Part shown: in pieces, positions 61,150-64,000 of the stretch | How the letters are laid out: each line of letters starts with the position of its first letter | Position numbering within the stretch: the first letter of the stretch is position 1 | Source: Paenibacillus sp. | Lineage (GTDB): Bacteria > Bacillota > Bacilli > Paenibacillales > Paenibacillaceae | NCBI GenBank assembly: GCA_023512345.1 | Contig: JAILZT010000001.1 | Span: 290,084 to 354,083, forward strand | Length of the DNA stretch: 64,000 bases | Reading direction: 5' to 3' | Made by a program: the position numbers and the translations under genes | Notes under the pieces: model-generated | Told to the model about the DNA's origin: nothing | Databases searched by the model: none | What the model saw: the letters and a program-made list of their open reading frames with translations, nothing else

Positions 61150-62232
61150 TTATTTACCCGATTGTCCCTCCATAGAAGCGGCAATTTGAATCATTTCTGG
61201 AACTGGCAAGTTGGAACTTGTAATCCGATACTCCATTCCCTCTGTCGTCCAGGTTAAAGTCTGCTGTTCGTCGCCACTTAGCAAGCCAACAGTATAACCT
61301 AAATCAATCACTTCACCAGGAGCTAATGACATCGCACGGTCCAAAGGCCGGGCTTCCATTATGGTGTATTGATAGATCCCATCATAACGGATGAGAACAG
61401 CGTGATCTTTACTGCCCTCTATTTTATGGGAGTCTTTAAAAGTAACGCCCACTGGAATATATTGCGGTTCAATAATTCCAAAATCCCCAAGCTCAGCCGT
61501 AACCGGTTGCTCCGATACCTCACCCTCGGCAGGGACAACTGGGTTTCCATTCTCATCGACTTGGGCTACGGTGCTCTCCGAAGGCGCTTGTGAGGTCATA
61601 TTCTTCTTCATATCAAAAGAATCCCCATCAAACTTCGGATTAAAGTCAAAGCTTTCAAACTTCACGTCAACCACGACTTTAGCTTCGGCATCAGACACCT
61701 GTACCTGCTTAGGTGCGTAAGATTTTTTGTCCAGCCAAATCTTCTGACGTACAAGCGCAGGACTTTGATAATTAGCAGCCACTTCAAATACGTAGCTGTC
61801 CTTATCATCTACAAACTGGCGGTTGTTGTCGGAGACAATCCCTCGAACCAGTGTTTGATAGAGATATACCTGGCCTTGGTCATCCGGCCAATCACTTTGG
61901 AAGCGGAAGCTTTTGTTGAGACTTGGTGTCAGCACGAACACCCCATCATCATTACGAAGCACAATTTGAGTGATATCCTTCTGAACATTGGATAAGCTGA
62001 TCCGGTAGTACGATGGATTTTTGTACCAAACCTCCACTTTATACTCCTGAGGCTGCTCGCCGGTATACAGAGTCATCGTGCCCGAGCCTTGATATGCTCC
62101 CTGCTTACTCTCCAACTTGTCGGCCACATCGTTCAAATCTTTGACTATGGAAGCAGAATCCTTACTCCCGCAACCTGTCAACACTAGGGTAACGCTCATT
62201 ATGATTGCGAGTACCCATGTTATCCGGCGCAT
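61150..62232 (-). CDS. LolA-fold lipoprotein (Bacillus YdcC-like)
   Basis: 360 aa with lipobox LVLTGCGS. Its position upstream of alr matches B. subtilis ydcC. Confidence 0.7.
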   Translation of the reverse strand: MRRITWVLAIIMSVTLVLTGCGSKDSASIVKDLNDVADKLESKQGAYQGSGTMTLYTGEQPQEYKVEVWYKNPSYYRISLSNVQKDITQIVLRNDDGVFVLTPSLNKSFRFQSDWPDDQGQVYLYQTLVRGIVSDNNRQFVDDKDSYVFEVAANYQSPALVRQKIWLDKKSYAPKQVQVSDAEAKVVVDVKFESFDFNPKFDGDSFDMKKNMTSQAPSESTVAQVDENGNPVVPAEGEVSEQPVTAELGDFGIIEPQYIPVGVTFKDSHKIEGSKDHAVLIRYDGIYQYTIMEARPLDRAMSLAPGEVIDLGYTVGLLSGDEQQTLTWTTEGMEYRITSSNLPVPEMIQIAASMEGQSGK

Positions 62233-62357
62233 GACATCATCCCCTTAACCTGTTTTGAATGCCTTGATTAGTACATGTCTATGAGGGACTTGGCCGCAAT
62301 ATGCAGACGGGCATGACAAGCATTACGGAAGTAAGAGATTTGGGTGAGGATTTCACA

Positions 62358-62384
62358 GCTAAAAGCCCGCAAAAGGCGCGGGCT
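62358..62384 (-). terminator. probable terminator after the MFS gene
   Basis: The minus strand reads AGCCCGC-GCCTTTT-GCGGGCT followed by TTTTAG. Confidence 0.6.
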
Positions 62385-62418
62385 AAGATGGATAATTTAC
62401 TACTCGGAATGCCTACCA

Positions 62419-63687
62419 CTATCCCATAGTTTCACCCGGAACAACCTCTTTGCGTTCAGGCCACCATACCCGGTTGAGCAAAATCCCCCCAACACCGACT
62501 AGAGCAACCACTGTTCCAAATATTAAAAAGATGCGGGCAGGTCCGGAACCCTGGACCAAAATGCCTCCCAGCAACGGCGCTCCAATCATCAACACACTAT
62601 GGAGGGTGTTTTGAATTCCAATTACACGGCCCGTCATGTGAGGAGGCGTTTCTTTTTGCAGACAATAATTAAAGGTAATAATGAAGACCCCGTTGCCGAT
62701 ACCCAGTACAACGCCCAGAAGTAGCACTGGGATAATAGAACCCCCCGGCTGAAGCATTCCCAGCCCTCCAATGGCTATCCCGATTAGCACACCACCACTC
62801 CCCATACGCCAACCATAACCCTTTTCACCATTAGTCTTATTCATCACCATAATTGCAGCTATGGCACCCGCACCCGATGCAGCTACCATCCAACCCAGCA
62901 AGGATTCATTATTCGGAGAGATTAACCGGAAGAGGCTGGTGAACTGAAAATCAATCACCTGAATAGCAAGTGTGCCAATGAGACCATAGAGCATTGTGTT
63001 CAGCAGCAGCTTGCTCCGCAGCATAAAACTCCAGCCTTCCTTCCACATCGTACGCATCGAAATCTGTTCCGGTTGTACATCGACTTCACGAGTCTCGTTA
63101 ACAGGATGAATATGCTTAATGGTGAGCAATAACAAAAAAGAACATAAACGCATACCGCTATTAAGCAAAATGCACCACTGCGGAGTTAGAAGGGTTAGCG
63201 CAAAACCTCCGATTAACGGTCCTGCGATCTTGGAGCCCTGATTCACGAATCCGTTAAGCGAGGTCGCTTGAAGCAATTGATCTTCATGGACAATACTGCG
63301 GGTCAGAGAGGCTTGAGCCGGCACATTCAAGGTGGAGATCGCTGCTCGCAGCATTAACAGCGGGAGAAGCCAAGCCATATTGGGAGCAAACAACACCAAT
63401 ACCGTCAGGATAGCGGTGAACAGATCACAAATGCGCATCAGCCTCAGCTTATTTAGTCTGTCAGCAGCAACGCCTGCAACAGAGCCGAGCAGGATGCCGG
63501 GCAGCGCCAACGATACCGGAATTAGTGCCAGCATCAATGGACTGGCTTGCCAGCGATACCCGACAAGCACCTGAATGGCCAAAGCATCGAACCAATCCCC
63601 AAAAGTTGACGTTGCGTAAGCTGTATATATCCGTATATATACTTTGTTATGCAGCAGGCTTGTTCCTGCCTCTCGTGAATTCCTCAT
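62419..63687 (-). CDS. MFS transporter (12 TM)
   Basis: I take the ATG at 63687, 6 nt after GGAGGAA, as the start. It is polytopic, with an MFS motif-A-like GVAADRLNKLRLM between TM2 and TM3. Confidence 0.8.
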   Translation of the reverse strand: MRNSREAGTSLLHNKVYIRIYTAYATSTFGDWFDALAIQVLVGYRWQASPLMLALIPVSLALPGILLGSVAGVAADRLNKLRLMRICDLFTAILTVLVLFAPNMAWLLPLLMLRAAISTLNVPAQASLTRSIVHEDQLLQATSLNGFVNQGSKIAGPLIGGFALTLLTPQWCILLNSGMRLCSFLLLLTIKHIHPVNETREVDVQPEQISMRTMWKEGWSFMLRSKLLLNTMLYGLIGTLAIQVIDFQFTSLFRLISPNNESLLGWMVAASGAGAIAAIMVMNKTNGEKGYGWRMGSGGVLIGIAIGGLGMLQPGGSIIPVLLLGVVLGIGNGVFIITFNYCLQKETPPHMTGRVIGIQNTLHSVLMIGAPLLGGILVQGSGPARIFLIFGTVVALVGVGGILLNRVWWPERKEVVPGETMG

Positions 63688-63764
63688 CATCCATTCCTCC
63701 AAATTACGAATTAACAAACATATAAATCATGTTTGTACTGTAACGGAGAATTGTCAGAGAATAA

Positions 63765-64000
63765 TCAGAGGGTGAACAGAGCATTCTGAAGTATCGATTC
63801 CAAAGGCTGGAGAAGCCGTTTCAAGCCGAGTCTTTCCTGCTCTTCTTCAAATAGCGTGACGTATTTACGGTGCAAAGATTTCTCACAGATAAAATTGTGG
63901 CTATAGTGAACAATTCGGTGCAAGGCACAATATCGCATAGGTACAAATCCTGACATATCCAGCACATGGAGACCTTCGTCCAGTAAACCCTCTGCTTCCT
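63765..64000 (-). CDS. C-terminal part of an unidentified protein (the ORF stays open to the right edge)
   Basis: The reading frame is open from 64000 down to the stop at 63765 (...EAEGLLDEGLHVLDMSGFVPMRYCALHRIVHYSHNF...). The track GTG start at 63965 is probably internal. Confidence 0.5.
   Translation of the reverse strand, partial: EAEGLLDEGLHVLDMSGFVPMRYCALHRIVHYSHNFICEKSLHRKYVTLFEEEQERLGLKRLLQPLESILQNALFTL

Noticed and set aside
1-64000. Looked for CRISPR arrays, IS elements or transposases, integrases, restriction-modification genes and known anti-phage defence genes.
   Set aside because: I recognised none by eye in any frame. The only toxin-antitoxin is the conserved chromosomal ndoAI/ndoA pair. 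An exhaustive HMM scan (for example DefenseFinder or PADLOC) would be needed to be sure.

Overview
64-kb chromosomal window from a Gram-positive Firmicute. I infer a Paenibacillus-like organism from the SLH-anchored multidomain enzymes, the YesM/YesN-type sugar two-component system and synteny with the Bacillus ydc region. GC is roughly 50% by eye, not computed. Left to right: purU (partial), nfo and two housekeeping-type genes. Then a complete 10-gene Tad/Flp pilus operon (3.3-13.6 kb, minus strand) with a terminator hairpin inside its short leader. Then a thermonuclease, a DCC thiol oxidoreductase and a glutathione peroxidase. A ~21-kb polysaccharide-utilisation region follows (16.2-37.3 kb): DUF2264-type proteins, GH88, a heparinase II/III-like lyase, an AraC regulator, a 2208-aa SLH-anchored GH59-like multidomain enzyme, a sugar ABC importer and a YesM/YesN-like TCS. 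Next is a tRNA operon (Asn-Ser ... Glu-Leu ... Leu) that is split twice. One split holds ald plus a liv-type ABC operon. The other holds a 1.5-kb AT-rich islet encoding a divergent cI/Cro-like HTH pair and a PAS protein with a C-terminal 4-Cys module. The rest is a SprT-like gene, an unusual FtsX/MacB-type ABC system, a Tet(M)-like ribosomal-protection GTPase paralog, an SLH protein, tex, the ndoAI/ndoA(mazEF)-alr-ydcC block and an MFS transporter. The ABC system has two different ATPases (one with an AbrB-like tail), a lipoprotein adaptor and a 966-aa double-FtsX permease. I saw no rRNA, CRISPR, transposase, integrase or recognisable phage-defence gene. The best second-look candidates are the tRNA-embedded HTH/PAS-4Cys islet, the two-ATPase FtsX system, the Tad operon with its leader terminator and large pseudopilins, and the GH59-like/lyase polysaccharide locus. 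All family calls come from reading the translated sequences and from memory of family motifs; no database search was run.
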